Virus record (IMG/VR): IMGVR_UViG_3300042486_000977
Source of the DNA: an uncultured virus (IMG/VR IMGVR_UViG_3300042486_000977)
Taxonomy: Duplodnaviria > Heunggongvirae > Uroviricota > Caudoviricetes
Strand: one strand, 5' to 3'
Length of the DNA stretch: 64,000 nucleotides
The stretch's first letter is position 1. Every line of letters begins with the position of its first letter. A program made the position numbers and the translations under genes. A model generated the notes under the pieces. It ran no database searches. It saw only the letters and a program-made list of their open reading frames with translations, and was not told the origin of the DNA. Of this stretch, positions 51,552-61,097 are shown piece by piece.

Positions 51552-53689
51552 TGGGTGTAATAGAATATAATATAGCATTAACGGGAGATTGTACTAATTC
51601 AGGATTAGGGGCAATGGAATTGAGTATCTCTGGGGGTACTCCTAATTATACTGTGACTTGGTTAACTCCTGCTTATTCTCCTGATATTTTGGCGGCAAGT
51701 GGTGTAACCAAAAATAATTTATCTTATGGGTCATATACTTTTTATATTACTGACCAGTCAATCCCCATAAACACAAGTGAATACATTAATTTCTTTATTT
51801 CAACAGGATGTTGTATATCGATTGAAACTCAAGATAGTACTTGTAGTTTGGCGAATGGTCAAATTACCGCAACAACTGCCTTTAATTTAGGTAATATTGA
51901 TATGTACCTCTATAAAGATGGTGTATATATTAGTAGTGCCTCAACTTTTAATACTGAAGCAATATTTTCAAATTTATCTGCCGGTACATATCAGATACTT
52001 GCAACTGATGTTGGAGGATGTGGTTGCTCAAGTCAAACTTGTTTAATTAGAAATAATTCATCGGCGTTTGATTATGGATTATTGGTTGTTAGTGCTAGTA
52101 CTTGTACCTCTAATCTTGGTAAATTAATTGTTACAGGAAATACAGGTACACCTCCATTTATTTATAATTGGTCAAGTAATGTACCAAACGCAAGTTTGAC
52201 TGCAAGTACTGTTACGGGATTATCCGCAGGAAGTTATAGTGTAATAGTAACTGACTCAACAGGATGTCAAGTTACTAAAGGTGCAACTGTTGGGTACGTT
52301 CCTAATTTTGGATTAACATATTATACCGCAACACAAGCGTCTTGTCTTTCTGATGATGGTACAGTTACATTTTATTTATCAGGAGGTACCCCACCGTATT
52401 ATTACATATTATCAAATGGTGACTCCGCAATAAGTTATAATCAAAGTTATACTTTTAGTGGTTTAGCGGCTAACACATACTCAATCCAAGCGGTTGATTT
52501 AGCGTTGTGTACGTTTACACAACCTTTCCAAATCCCAATGGATGGTAACTTTAATGTGATTGGAGTTAGTACTACAGGTGTAACTTGTACTTCAAATGGT
52601 ATATTGTCAGTTAATTTAATTGGTAATCCTCCATTCACGTACAATTTAACTAATAGTTATAGTGAAAGTCAAACAATCGTTACCCAAGTAAGTAACTATC
52701 AGTTTACTAATTTAACTGCGGACACTTACACTTTAGTTGTTTCAGATTACCTTGGTACTTGTGAATACACTGATACATATGTTATTAGTGGTTTGACTAA
52801 TTTTAGTATATCTACAACATCTACGGACACTACTTGTATGTCGGATAACGGTGAAATTGTTGTAACAGTTACTCCTAATAATTCTACAACATTTACTTAT
52901 GATTTACAAGGTATTGAAAATTCAGGACCAATTAATGATACAACATATACATTTTCAGGATTAACAACAGGAATTTATACTTTAACTGTTACTGATGAAA
53001 GTGGGTGTACCCAAAGTCAATCAATCACCCTTATCAATGAGTCAATGGTTAATTTTAACCTTTACGCCACAAGTTGCGGATTAGGTTCACAAGGTACTGT
53101 AAGCGCGGTTATTACTGATGGAACCCCACCGTTTACATTTAATTGGACGGGAGATTCAGTTGGATATCAAACAGGTGTTTATTTAACGGGTTTAACAGCT
53201 GGTAGTTATGTTTTACAATTAATTGATAGTAATGGATGTGAATTAACAAAGTCAATAACGGTTAGTTGTGGTAATTTAATATCGGCATCTTACCAAGTAT
53301 TTAATATTTGTGAAAGTGAATTTCTTGAGGTTCCTAACCAAAAAAGAGGATTAACACAAATGTTAAATGAAGGATACCAAGATTTAATTAATGGTGATAT
53401 ATGTCAATTAAATTATGCTAATTTTAACACAGTTATTACTGTTGGTAGTAATGTTTATACAGAAACTTTCTTTACTACCACATCATTAGGGAATGTTCCT
53501 ACGGATGATTTATGGATAGCATCAATTGAAAATCTATTAGGTTCGGCATATGGTATTGGTAGTCTTAGTATTAATTCAAGTCAAAATATAGTGTTAATAT
53601 TATCTGATTGTAATCTTTCTTATGATATATTACAAGACCAAAATATTAAAATTGATTTACAAATACAGTACGATATAAGCTGTCAATAA
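51551..53689 (+). CDS. SprB-repeat (Ig-like) Cys-rich adhesin-like protein
   Basis: About 7 repeats of C...G...(S)GGTPP(Y/F).Y.W...TGL.AG.Y...VTD..GC, the SprB-repeat pattern. Confidence 0.8.
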   Translation: MGVIEYNIALTGDCTNSGLGAMELSISGGTPNYTVTWLTPAYSPDILAASGVTKNNLSYGSYTFYITDQSIPINTSEYINFFISTGCCISIETQDSTCSLANGQITATTAFNLGNIDMYLYKDGVYISSASTFNTEAIFSNLSAGTYQILATDVGGCGCSSQTCLIRNNSSAFDYGLLVVSASTCTSNLGKLIVTGNTGTPPFIYNWSSNVPNASLTASTVTGLSAGSYSVIVTDSTGCQVTKGATVGYVPNFGLTYYTATQASCLSDDGTVTFYLSGGTPPYYYILSNGDSAISYNQSYTFSGLAANTYSIQAVDLALCTFTQPFQIPMDGNFNVIGVSTTGVTCTSNGILSVNLIGNPPFTYNLTNSYSESQTIVTQVSNYQFTNLTADTYTLVVSDYLGTCEYTDTYVISGLTNFSISTTSTDTTCMSDNGEIVVTVTPNNSTTFTYDLQGIENSGPINDTTYTFSGLTTGIYTLTVTDESGCTQSQSITLINESMVNFNLYATSCGLGSQGTVSAVITDGTPPFTFNWTGDSVGYQTGVYLTGLTAGSYVLQLIDSNGCELTKSITVSCGNLISASYQVFNICESEFLEVPNQKRGLTQMLNEGYQDLINGDICQLNYANFNTVITVGSNVYTETFFTTTSLGNVPTDDLWIASIENLLGSAYGIGSLSINSSQNIVLILSDCNLSYDILQDQNIKIDLQIQYDISCQ

Positions 53690-53695
53690 GATTAA

Positions 53696-54739
53696 ATGTG
53701 TCTAATTACGTTAAATATTATCACGGGAACCCCACCATATACGGTTGAGGTTTGTGATGTTTTTGGTAGTAATTGTGTTACTGTCGCTTATATTACTGGT
53801 TATGTACCACCCGAATTTGATGTTATTGTTCCTCCACCATATGATGTTGCTCCTATTTTAAAAGTTAGAGTTTATGATGCTAATGGGTGTATACAGGATA
53901 GTAATATGACAATGATGAGTCCGACACCGGCAAATTCAAGTACACCAACCCCGACAGTTACCCCAAGTATTACTCCTACAAATACTGTAACTCCAACAGT
54001 TACTCCAAGTTCTCAATCACCAACACCTACTCCAACACCTACTCAAACACCTGGTTCACCTACCCCAACACCAACAAAAACTCAAACTCCAACTGTAACG
54101 GCAACACCGACTAAAACACCAACAAAGACTCCGACAGTTACTCCTACAATGACACCGTCATCATCACCATTACCACCAACTAAAGCATTCTTATTTATTG
54201 AACCTTATAGTGGTTCAAGTAGTATTGGTAGTTTTATGTTTGCTTCATTAGGTTCAGGGTTTTACGGATTTACAAATGGTACTCAACCTACTCAAACTCA
54301 ATCAACATTTAATGTTGAACTTAATACATATGTTGATTTTTCAGGATGGACAACAGGATTATTCCCACCGATTATTAATCAAGATGTTCCTCAATCAACA
54401 GGTGGGGTGGATTCGTATGGTAATCCAATAATTGCTTATAACTTTAAAACAACTATAGTGTCTGCTAACACTGTTTCGTCAGGAAAATCTTGGTTTACTT
54501 GGATGATACCAACAGGACAAACTAATGGATTATATCAAATAAAGATTGATTATGGTACATCAAGTCCTACAATATTATCAACTGTACTAACAGAACCTAC
54601 AATATATTCATACTACTTTACATATACCGGTAATACAATTCCAAAAACAACATATAGGGTTTATACCACATATCCGTCAACTAACTTTGAGTTATTGAAT
54701 AGCTCAGCGATTTACTTTAAAGGAAATACAGTTAGCTGA
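53696..54739 (+). CDS. structural protein with Pro/Thr-rich linker
   Basis: Short SprB-like N-terminus (GTPPY...DANGC), about 85 aa of TPTPT, and a C-terminal beta domain. Confidence 0.7.
   Translation: MCLITLNIITGTPPYTVEVCDVFGSNCVTVAYITGYVPPEFDVIVPPPYDVAPILKVRVYDANGCIQDSNMTMMSPTPANSSTPTPTVTPSITPTNTVTPTVTPSSQSPTPTPTPTQTPGSPTPTPTKTQTPTVTATPTKTPTKTPTVTPTMTPSSSPLPPTKAFLFIEPYSGSSSIGSFMFASLGSGFYGFTNGTQPTQTQSTFNVELNTYVDFSGWTTGLFPPIINQDVPQSTGGVDSYGNPIIAYNFKTTIVSANTVSSGKSWFTWMIPTGQTNGLYQIKIDYGTSSPTILSTVLTEPTIYSYYFTYTGNTIPKTTYRVYTTYPSTNFELLNSSAIYFKGNTVS
53919..54181 (+). repeat. low-complexity (T/S)P coding repeat
   Basis: Encodes [21 protein letters not shown]...PLPPT; codons are diversified. Confidence 0.85.
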
Positions 54740-54753
54740 TAATTATATTATAT

Positions 54754-57700
54754 ATGTCATCATTTCCGTATAAGAATCCTATTAGCTCAGAACAATTAAA
54801 CGGTGTTCAATCAGTTCAAAGAAGTGAAGTTTTTGGAACAAATTTTTCCGTTTTATCTGTTGGCGGATATATGGAAGTATTCAATACGTCCGATTTAATT
54901 TATACAATAAATGGATTAGGTCCTATTGAATATAGTGGAAATACAATCCCAATTGATTTTTTAAAAGGAACAGGGGACCCTTGGTCTCCTGATGTTTTAA
55001 CACTTAACTCAGATAACATTTCATCAGGTAGACGACGACTTGGTATGTTGGTTTATGTATATGAAAATGACCAAACATATCAATTTAGAATTGACAATTA
55101 CGAGTCATTATGGAGTGCTGCGACGGCTAGTACTGGTACTGTTGTAATCTCAGATTTTGGAACAACAGTTTATAATTCAAGTGTTGATGGTCAAAATTTT
55201 ATTAATGCTTGGACTGCATCAACTATTGAAGATATAAGCGGGGCAACACACTCATCTGCGGTATGGAAAAAATATAGTACAGGTGGTGGTAGCGGTTCCA
55301 CATCTGCGGATACCTTGTATATCACAGGGACAGGAGTTAACTCAACTATAAGATGTGGAGTATCAAATACTTCTGCGGGTGATTATGGGGGGTCTTTAGC
55401 AGGTTCGGGTAACACCGCAAGTGGTAATTATTCATTTGTTGGTGGAGGTTTGGGTAATAGTTCTTCAGGTAATTATTCATTTGTTGGTGGTGGACAAAGT
55501 AACACTGCAAGTGGATATAGGTCAACCGTAGGTGGTGGACAACTAAACACCGCAAGTAATTATTATTCAACCGTAAGTGGAGGACGGGATAACACCGCAA
55601 GTAATAGTTACTCAACTGTAGGTGGTGGTAAATGTAATATAGTTACTGGTAAAGGTGTGTGCTCCTCAATTTTAGGGGGTAACTATAATAGTGTTGAATT
55701 ACCGGCTTCCTCAATTTTAGGAGGATTAGGTAATATAGTTAAATCTTTTGCTGGTAATATTAATGGAGGGGTCTCTAATATTATTGGTAGTTGTGCAACC
55801 TTTTCAAATGTATATTGTACTGATTCTGCGTATAATAGAGTTGTTTTAGGGGGAGATGTTACCACATCATATCCTGTTGGTAATACCGTCCAATTTTTTA
55901 ATAGTCCTGATAGTGAGTTAATTAGGGGGAGTATCACTAACTCAACATATAGTGGTGGATATACTTGTTTAGATTTGTCAGTTAGTACTGGGTCAAATAC
56001 ATATAATACTCCAATCGTTAATCTTGATAATATAAACAACTATGGATGTTATCACAGCATCAATGGGGGAAGTTATAATACCATTAGTTCTCCATCCTAC
56101 TCAACAATTGGAGGGGGGTGTTGTAATACTACGAGTGGGGACTATTCATTCATTGGTGGAGGGGCTTGTAATACCGCAAACGGAGGTGCGTCCACCATAG
56201 GTGGAGGGATAGGTAATATATCAAGTAATTCATTCTCCACCATAGGTGGAGGGGTTAGTAATACTTCAAGTGGACATTATTCAGCTATCGGTGGGGGGTG
56301 TGTTAATACCTCAAGTGGTTTTCAGTCATTCATTGGGGGAGGTTATCTTAACACCTCAAGTGGTTATAATTCAACCATAGGTGGAGGAAGACAAAATACT
56401 TCAAGTGGTTGCCGGTCATTTATTGGTGGAGGGGCTAGTAATACCTCTAGTGGTTGGTATTCCACCGTAAGTGGTGGGTATAAAAATACCTCAAGTGGTT
56501 CTACCTCATCAGTTGTTGGTGGTTTCTGTAATGTTGCAGGTGGTGCATGTTCATTCATCGGTGGTGGTTGTTGTAATTCTACGAGTGCTATAAATTCGTT
56601 TATTGGTGCTGGTATTTCTAACAGAGTAACAGGTTCTACCTCATCAGTTGTTGGTGGTGTCTGTAATGTTGCTGTAGGTAATTGTTCGTTTATTGGTGGA
56701 GGTTTTTGTAACACTGGTAGCGGTAATTATTCAATCGTAGGTAGTGGAATTAGGAATACCTCAAGTGGAACTAGGTCAACAGTAGTCGGAGGTTGTTGTA
56801 ATTCTGCGAGTGGTTGCGAATCGTTTATTGGTGGTGGGTTTAGACATACATCAAGTGGAAGTAGGTCAACAATTTCAGGAGGATATAGAAATTTAACTCA
56901 AGGTTCGGTTTCATTCATAGGTGGAGGTGTCTGTAATAATGTTTGTAATTCTACAGATACTTGTTTGGCGACAGGTTCAGTAATTGCTGGAGGTATTGGT
57001 AATAATACTTTAGGTGGAACATTTGTTTTATCATCTAGTACCTTCACAGTTGCTCCAACATTAGTTAGGACTTGTACCTACACATTTATTGGTGGAGGTT
57101 TTCAAAACAGAGTAACTGGAACAACATCGTCTGTAGTTGGAGGTCTTTGTAATATTGCAGGTGGGGATTATTCATTTATTGGTGGAGGAACTGGAAACAC
57201 TGCAAGTGGAGGTGTTTCAACCGTAGGCGGAGGAATATGTAATAACATTTCTGGTAGTGGTACTTTTTCAACAATAAGTGGTGGATATAAAAACACCGTA
57301 TCAGGTCATTATTCATTCATAGGAGGAGGTAGTGGTCATACCGTTACATCGTCAGGGTCAACTGTAAGTGGTGGATTTTGTAACACCGCAAGTGGGTCAT
57401 ATTCATTCATTGGTGGAGGACGCAGTAACATCGCAAGTGGGACAACATCCAATATTTCCGGAGGACTTTGTAATATTGCCGGTGGAGCATGTTCATTCAT
57501 TGGCGGAGGTTGTTGTAACACCGCAAGTGGAGTAATATCAACAATTAGTGGTGGTTATAAAAATATTGCATCTGGTAGTACATCATCAGTTTTAAACGGA
57601 AATACTAACATTGCTGGTGGTGGATGTTCAACGGTTTTAAATGGTTCAAGTAATAACACTCTTGGTTGTTCCTCATTTATAGGTGGAGGTTTACTAAATA

Positions 57701-59379
57701 GGACAACAACTAACGCATCATTCTCATCGGTTGTTAACGGACAATCAAATTGTAGTGACGCTTGTTTTACGTCAATTGTAGGGGGTGTTAGTAACTGTAT
57801 AACTGCGTCAAACTGTTACTCTTCAATTGTTGGAGGTAAATCTAACGTAATATGTAGTACGTCAAACTGTTCATTTATAGGTGGTGGGACATTAAATATT
57901 GCCGCAGGACAGTCATCAGGTGTTGTTGCCGGTAGTTCAAACACCGCACTTTGTTCTTGTTCTTTTGTCGGAGCAGGACAATTTAACTCATCTTGTTCTA
58001 TATTTTCATTCGTAGGCGGTGGTCAGTGTAATATCGTTACAGGTACGACTTCGGCGATAGTTGGAGGTTTTTGTAACAGAGCTCAAGGTATATATTCTTT
58101 TGTCGGAGCGGGAACAGGTAATACTGTTACAGGAGCTTACTCATCAGCATTTGGATGTGGATTAAATGCTACCGCTAGTTGTACGTTATATGCTAATAAT
58201 ATAATAACAGGAGGTTTTTCGGCAACAACAATATCGGCATCAACTATATCAACACCATTTACAACAGGTTCTGTTATATTCCAAGGTAGTGGTGGGACTT
58301 TATCACAGAATAATTCAAATCTATTTTGGGATAATACAAACAATAGGTTGGGGATTGGTACAACTTCACCTGCTGATTTGTTAACTATTAACGCGAACGC
58401 AGCAAATGCAAGAATTAGGTATAATAATTCTAATAGCGTACAATGGACAGCAGGAAATAACTCTTCGGACAATTCATTTAGAATTGGAAGTGCTACGAAT
58501 TTTCAATTTGCGATATTTCAAGCGACAGGTAATGTCCTTCTCCAAAACGGAGGTACATTTACTGACGCAGGTTATAAGTTAGACGTGAATGGAACAACAA
58601 TGCTTCGTGGTATTGTGTATGGTGTTGGTTCGGGTGGTGCGGCAGTTCAATTGCTTTCAACTGTAAGTACGAATATTGGTGTTATAGGCGGCAATGCTTC
58701 TAATCCTTTAAGATTACTTGGTCAATACTTGCAGTTTTATGTAGGTAATACACAAATGGGATTGTTTCAACCAACAACAGGTAATTTTGTTCTTCAAAAT
58801 GGTGGAACTTTTTTAGATGCAGGTTATAGATTAGATGTTATTGGAACAACAAGATTATCAGCGGCAACAGGAACAAGTTTAACAGTAATTAGTTCAGGTA
58901 ATAGTACATCGGCACCTGTCTTTTCAGTACAAGGTTCACAAGGTGAGTTGTTTAGTGTTACAGATAGTTTAACAGGTTCGTTATTCTCTGTAAGTGATAT
59001 TTCAGGTTTACCAATAATGGAGGTATTCTCTGATAGTACAATAGTACTTGGAGATTACCAAGCTCCATCACTTTATACGACAAAACGTGTCACATCAATT
59101 ACTGCATCTACAGGTACGACAATTTATTCATTCCCAACAAGTGCTTACACTTCTTCATTTGTTGATTATTTTGTATCAGGTAGTACAGGATTGAGAGCTG
59201 GAAATATGATGGCAATATGGAGTGGTAGTACAGTTAACTTTACTGAAACATCAACTAATGATATAGGGGTAACAACTCCTGTAACACTTGGTTATGTGAT
59301 GTCAGGTTCAAGTGCTGTATTACGAGCATCCGCATCAACAGGTACTTGGATTGTGGAATCAATATTAAGAGGATTATAA
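54754..59379 (+). CDS. tail fibre / adhesin with Gly- and Cys-rich 15-aa repeats
   Basis: Dozens of N(T/S)ASG.YS(F/T)IGGG.. units, then the fibre motifs NLFWDNTNNRLGIGTTSP and GYKLDVNG, and a C-terminal beta domain. Confidence 0.8.
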   Translation: MSSFPYKNPISSEQLNGVQSVQRSEVFGTNFSVLSVGGYMEVFNTSDLIYTINGLGPIEYSGNTIPIDFLKGTGDPWSPDVLTLNSDNISSGRRRLGMLVYVYENDQTYQFRIDNYESLWSAATASTGTVVISDFGTTVYNSSVDGQNFINAWTASTIEDISGATHSSAVWKKYSTGGGSGSTSADTLYITGTGVNSTIRCGVSNTSAGDYGGSLAGSGNTASGNYSFVGGGLGNSSSGNYSFVGGGQSNTASGYRSTVGGGQLNTASNYYSTVSGGRDNTASNSYSTVGGGKCNIVTGKGVCSSILGGNYNSVELPASSILGGLGNIVKSFAGNINGGVSNIIGSCATFSNVYCTDSAYNRVVLGGDVTTSYPVGNTVQFFNSPDSELIRGSITNSTYSGGYTCLDLSVSTGSNTYNTPIVNLDNINNYGCYHSINGGSYNTISSPSYSTIGGGCCNTTSGDYSFIGGGACNTANGGASTIGGGIGNISSNSFSTIGGGVSNTSSGHYSAIGGGCVNTSSGFQSFIGGGYLNTSSGYNSTIGGGRQNTSSGCRSFIGGGASNTSSGWYSTVSGGYKNTSSGSTSSVVGGFCNVAGGACSFIGGGCCNSTSAINSFIGAGISNRVTGSTSSVVGGVCNVAVGNCSFIGGGFCNTGSGNYSIVGSGIRNTSSGTRSTVVGGCCNSASGCESFIGGGFRHTSSGSRSTISGGYRNLTQGSVSFIGGGVCNNVCNSTDTCLATGSVIAGGIGNNTLGGTFVLSSSTFTVAPTLVRTCTYTFIGGGFQNRVTGTTSSVVGGLCNIAGGDYSFIGGGTGNTASGGVSTVGGGICNNISGSGTFSTISGGYKNTVSGHYSFIGGGSGHTVTSSGSTVSGGFCNTASGSYSFIGGGRSNIASGTTSNISGGLCNIAGGACSFIGGGCCNTASGVISTISGGYKNIASGSTSSVLNGNTNIAGGGCSTVLNGSSNNTLGCSSFIGGGLLNRTTTNASFSSVVNGQSNCSDACFTSIVGGVSNCITASNCYSSIVGGKSNVICSTSNCSFIGGGTLNIAAGQSSGVVAGSSNTALCSCSFVGAGQFNSSCSIFSFVGGGQCNIVTGTTSAIVGGFCNRAQGIYSFVGAGTGNTVTGAYSSAFGCGLNATASCTLYANNIITGGFSATTISASTISTPFTTGSVIFQGSGGTLSQNNSNLFWDNTNNRLGIGTTSPADLLTINANAANARIRYNNSNSVQWTAGNNSSDNSFRIGSATNFQFAIFQATGNVLLQNGGTFTDAGYKLDVNGTTMLRGIVYGVGSGGAAVQLLSTVSTNIGVIGGNASNPLRLLGQYLQFYVGNTQMGLFQPTTGNFVLQNGGTFLDAGYRLDVIGTTRLSAATGTSLTVISSGNSTSAPVFSVQGSQGELFSVTDSLTGSLFSVSDISGLPIMEVFSDSTIVLGDYQAPSLYTTKRVTSITASTGTTIYSFPTSAYTSSFVDYFVSGSTGLRAGNMMAIWSGSTVNFTETSTNDIGVTTPVTLGYVMSGSSAVLRASASTGTWIVESILRGL
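55365..58190 (+). repeat. 45-nt / 15-aa degenerate coding tandem repeat (beta-solenoid-like)
   Basis: Example units: NTASGNYSFVGGGLG / NSSSGNYSFVGGGQS / NTASGYRSTVGGGQL. Interrupted by a non-repeat insert at about 55790-56040. Confidence 0.85.
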
Positions 59380-59380
59380 T

Positions 59381-60061
59381 ATGGCGTTTCAATATTCACC
59401 TAAAATAGTTACGGACGGATTAGTGTTGTATTTGGATGCTGCAAATACTAAATCTTATGTTAGTGGAAGTACTACTTGGAATGATATTTCAAGAAGTAAT
59501 GTTAATGGTACGTTAATTAATGAACCTACATTTAATAGTAGTAATGGTGGAAGTATAATATTTGATGGGAGTAATGATTATGTAGATATTAGCACTACTC
59601 CAAACTTAACAAATCCTTTAACTATATGTGCTTTTATAAATACCTCTGTTACAACAGGTTCAAATCAAGTAATATACGGTCCATCAGCAAACGGACAAGA
59701 TAATTGGCTTTCTATATCAAATAACAGAGCTCAGATATTTGCAACACAAACATCAGACGTGAATAATTTTTCAATCACAGGAACTAAAACTATACAAGCA
59801 AATACTTGGTACCATATTACAGGAATTGTTAATAATAATGTAACATCACTATACATAAACGGAGTATTTGAAGTAGCATCTTCTGCGCAAGCATTTACAA
59901 TAGGTGGCTGGAACTCCACAGCTCGAATAGGACAAAGAGCAACAGGTCAATTTCCCTTTAATGGTAGAATAGCTAGCGTATACGGATATAACAGAGCACT
60001 CACAGCCCAAGAAATACTCCAAAACTACAACGCAACTAAATCAAGATTTGGATTGACATAA
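59381..60061 (+). CDS. LamG/concanavalin-A-like lectin domain protein
   Basis: IVTDGLVLYLDAAN..SY, FDGSNDYV, WYHITG...LYING and YNRALTAQEI.QNYNA.K.RF. Confidence 0.85.
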   Translation: MAFQYSPKIVTDGLVLYLDAANTKSYVSGSTTWNDISRSNVNGTLINEPTFNSSNGGSIIFDGSNDYVDISTTPNLTNPLTICAFINTSVTTGSNQVIYGPSANGQDNWLSISNNRAQIFATQTSDVNNFSITGTKTIQANTWYHITGIVNNNVTSLYINGVFEVASSAQAFTIGGWNSTARIGQRATGQFPFNGRIASVYGYNRALTAQEILQNYNATKSRFGLT

Positions 60062-60062
60062 T

Positions 60063-60821
60063 ATGGCGGGAAATATATCACTAAATTTAGTAACAGATGG
60101 TTTAATACTATATTTAGACCCTGTTAACCCTAAAAGTTATATTAGTGGAAGTACTTTAATTACCAATTTAAGTAATAGTGTAAATAGTACTATTACAGGT
60201 ACCTATGGTATTGATACGTCAACATATGGAATACCTGTATTAACTTTAAATAACACAGGTACAACAAGTAATGGTCAAGTACAGGTAGTGACACAGAATT
60301 TAGATACACTAGCTCAAACTCAAAATTTTACAGTAATGTTTGCTGCTAGAAAAAATTTCTATGGTGTTGGTGGGAATAATATTGGTAATAGTCAAATATT
60401 TGTTGGAGCATCAAACGGATACAATACTGGTTGGAGAATTACGGAAGGGTCACAAGGAACACCAGGTGCTCCATTTACTGGAAATTTTTTTACAAACAAT
60501 CAAATTTTTTCATTTGGGTATAACGATATTAATACATCACTACAAGTAACTTCACCTGTCAACACAGGAAACCAAATGTGTATATGTGCATTTAGTGTGT
60601 CTACTTCAACAATTTTGGGGTTTGCTAACGGAAGAACAAACTCTAGGTCAAATCCGTTAACATATGCTTCAGGTACTAACTTATCTGTAATATCTTCAAC
60701 ACAAGGTGGTGCCGGTTCTTGGAATGGGTTTGTTGGATTTTTTATGATATATAATAGAGCATTGTCGTTAGCTGAAATTACTCAAAACTATAATACGATG
60801 AGAAATAGATATAAAATATAA
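60063..60821 (+). CDS. LamG/concanavalin-A-like paralog
   Basis: Same termini as the previous gene (LVTDGLILYLDP.N.KSY ... IYNRALSLAEITQNYN) with a divergent core. Confidence 0.8.
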   Translation: MAGNISLNLVTDGLILYLDPVNPKSYISGSTLITNLSNSVNSTITGTYGIDTSTYGIPVLTLNNTGTTSNGQVQVVTQNLDTLAQTQNFTVMFAARKNFYGVGGNNIGNSQIFVGASNGYNTGWRITEGSQGTPGAPFTGNFFTNNQIFSFGYNDINTSLQVTSPVNTGNQMCICAFSVSTSTILGFANGRTNSRSNPLTYASGTNLSVISSTQGGAGSWNGFVGFFMIYNRALSLAEITQNYNTMRNRYKI

Positions 60822-60824
60822 CAT

Positions 60825-61097
60825 ATGGAAACACAATTACAAGATTACGGACAAAGAGAATTTATGATTTTTAACGTAAGTGAATTACCACTTATTGATT
60901 TTACGCAAGTTTTAGAAACATCAATAGATACCGTTAGAAAGTCGGTTGATGAAACAAAGACATTTGTTAAATGGGATGGTGATGTCGTTCCATCAAGTGT
61001 GGATTCTTTAACAACTAAAGAAGGACCATACTCTTATGAAGAAATATTAACAATTTTACAAACTCCTGAATGGACATCTCCTGAACCAATTATATGA
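60825..61097 (+). CDS. hypothetical protein (small acidic, fibre-associated)
   Basis: 90-aa ORF with ATGA coupling to the next gene. Confidence 0.75.
   Translation: METQLQDYGQREFMIFNVSELPLIDFTQVLETSIDTVRKSVDETKTFVKWDGDVVPSSVDSLTTKEGPYSYEEILTILQTPEWTSPEPII

Noticed and set aside
55365..58190. CRISPR-like array
   Set aside because: The repeats are degenerate, in-frame 45-nt coding units without unique spacers, and no cas genes are present.
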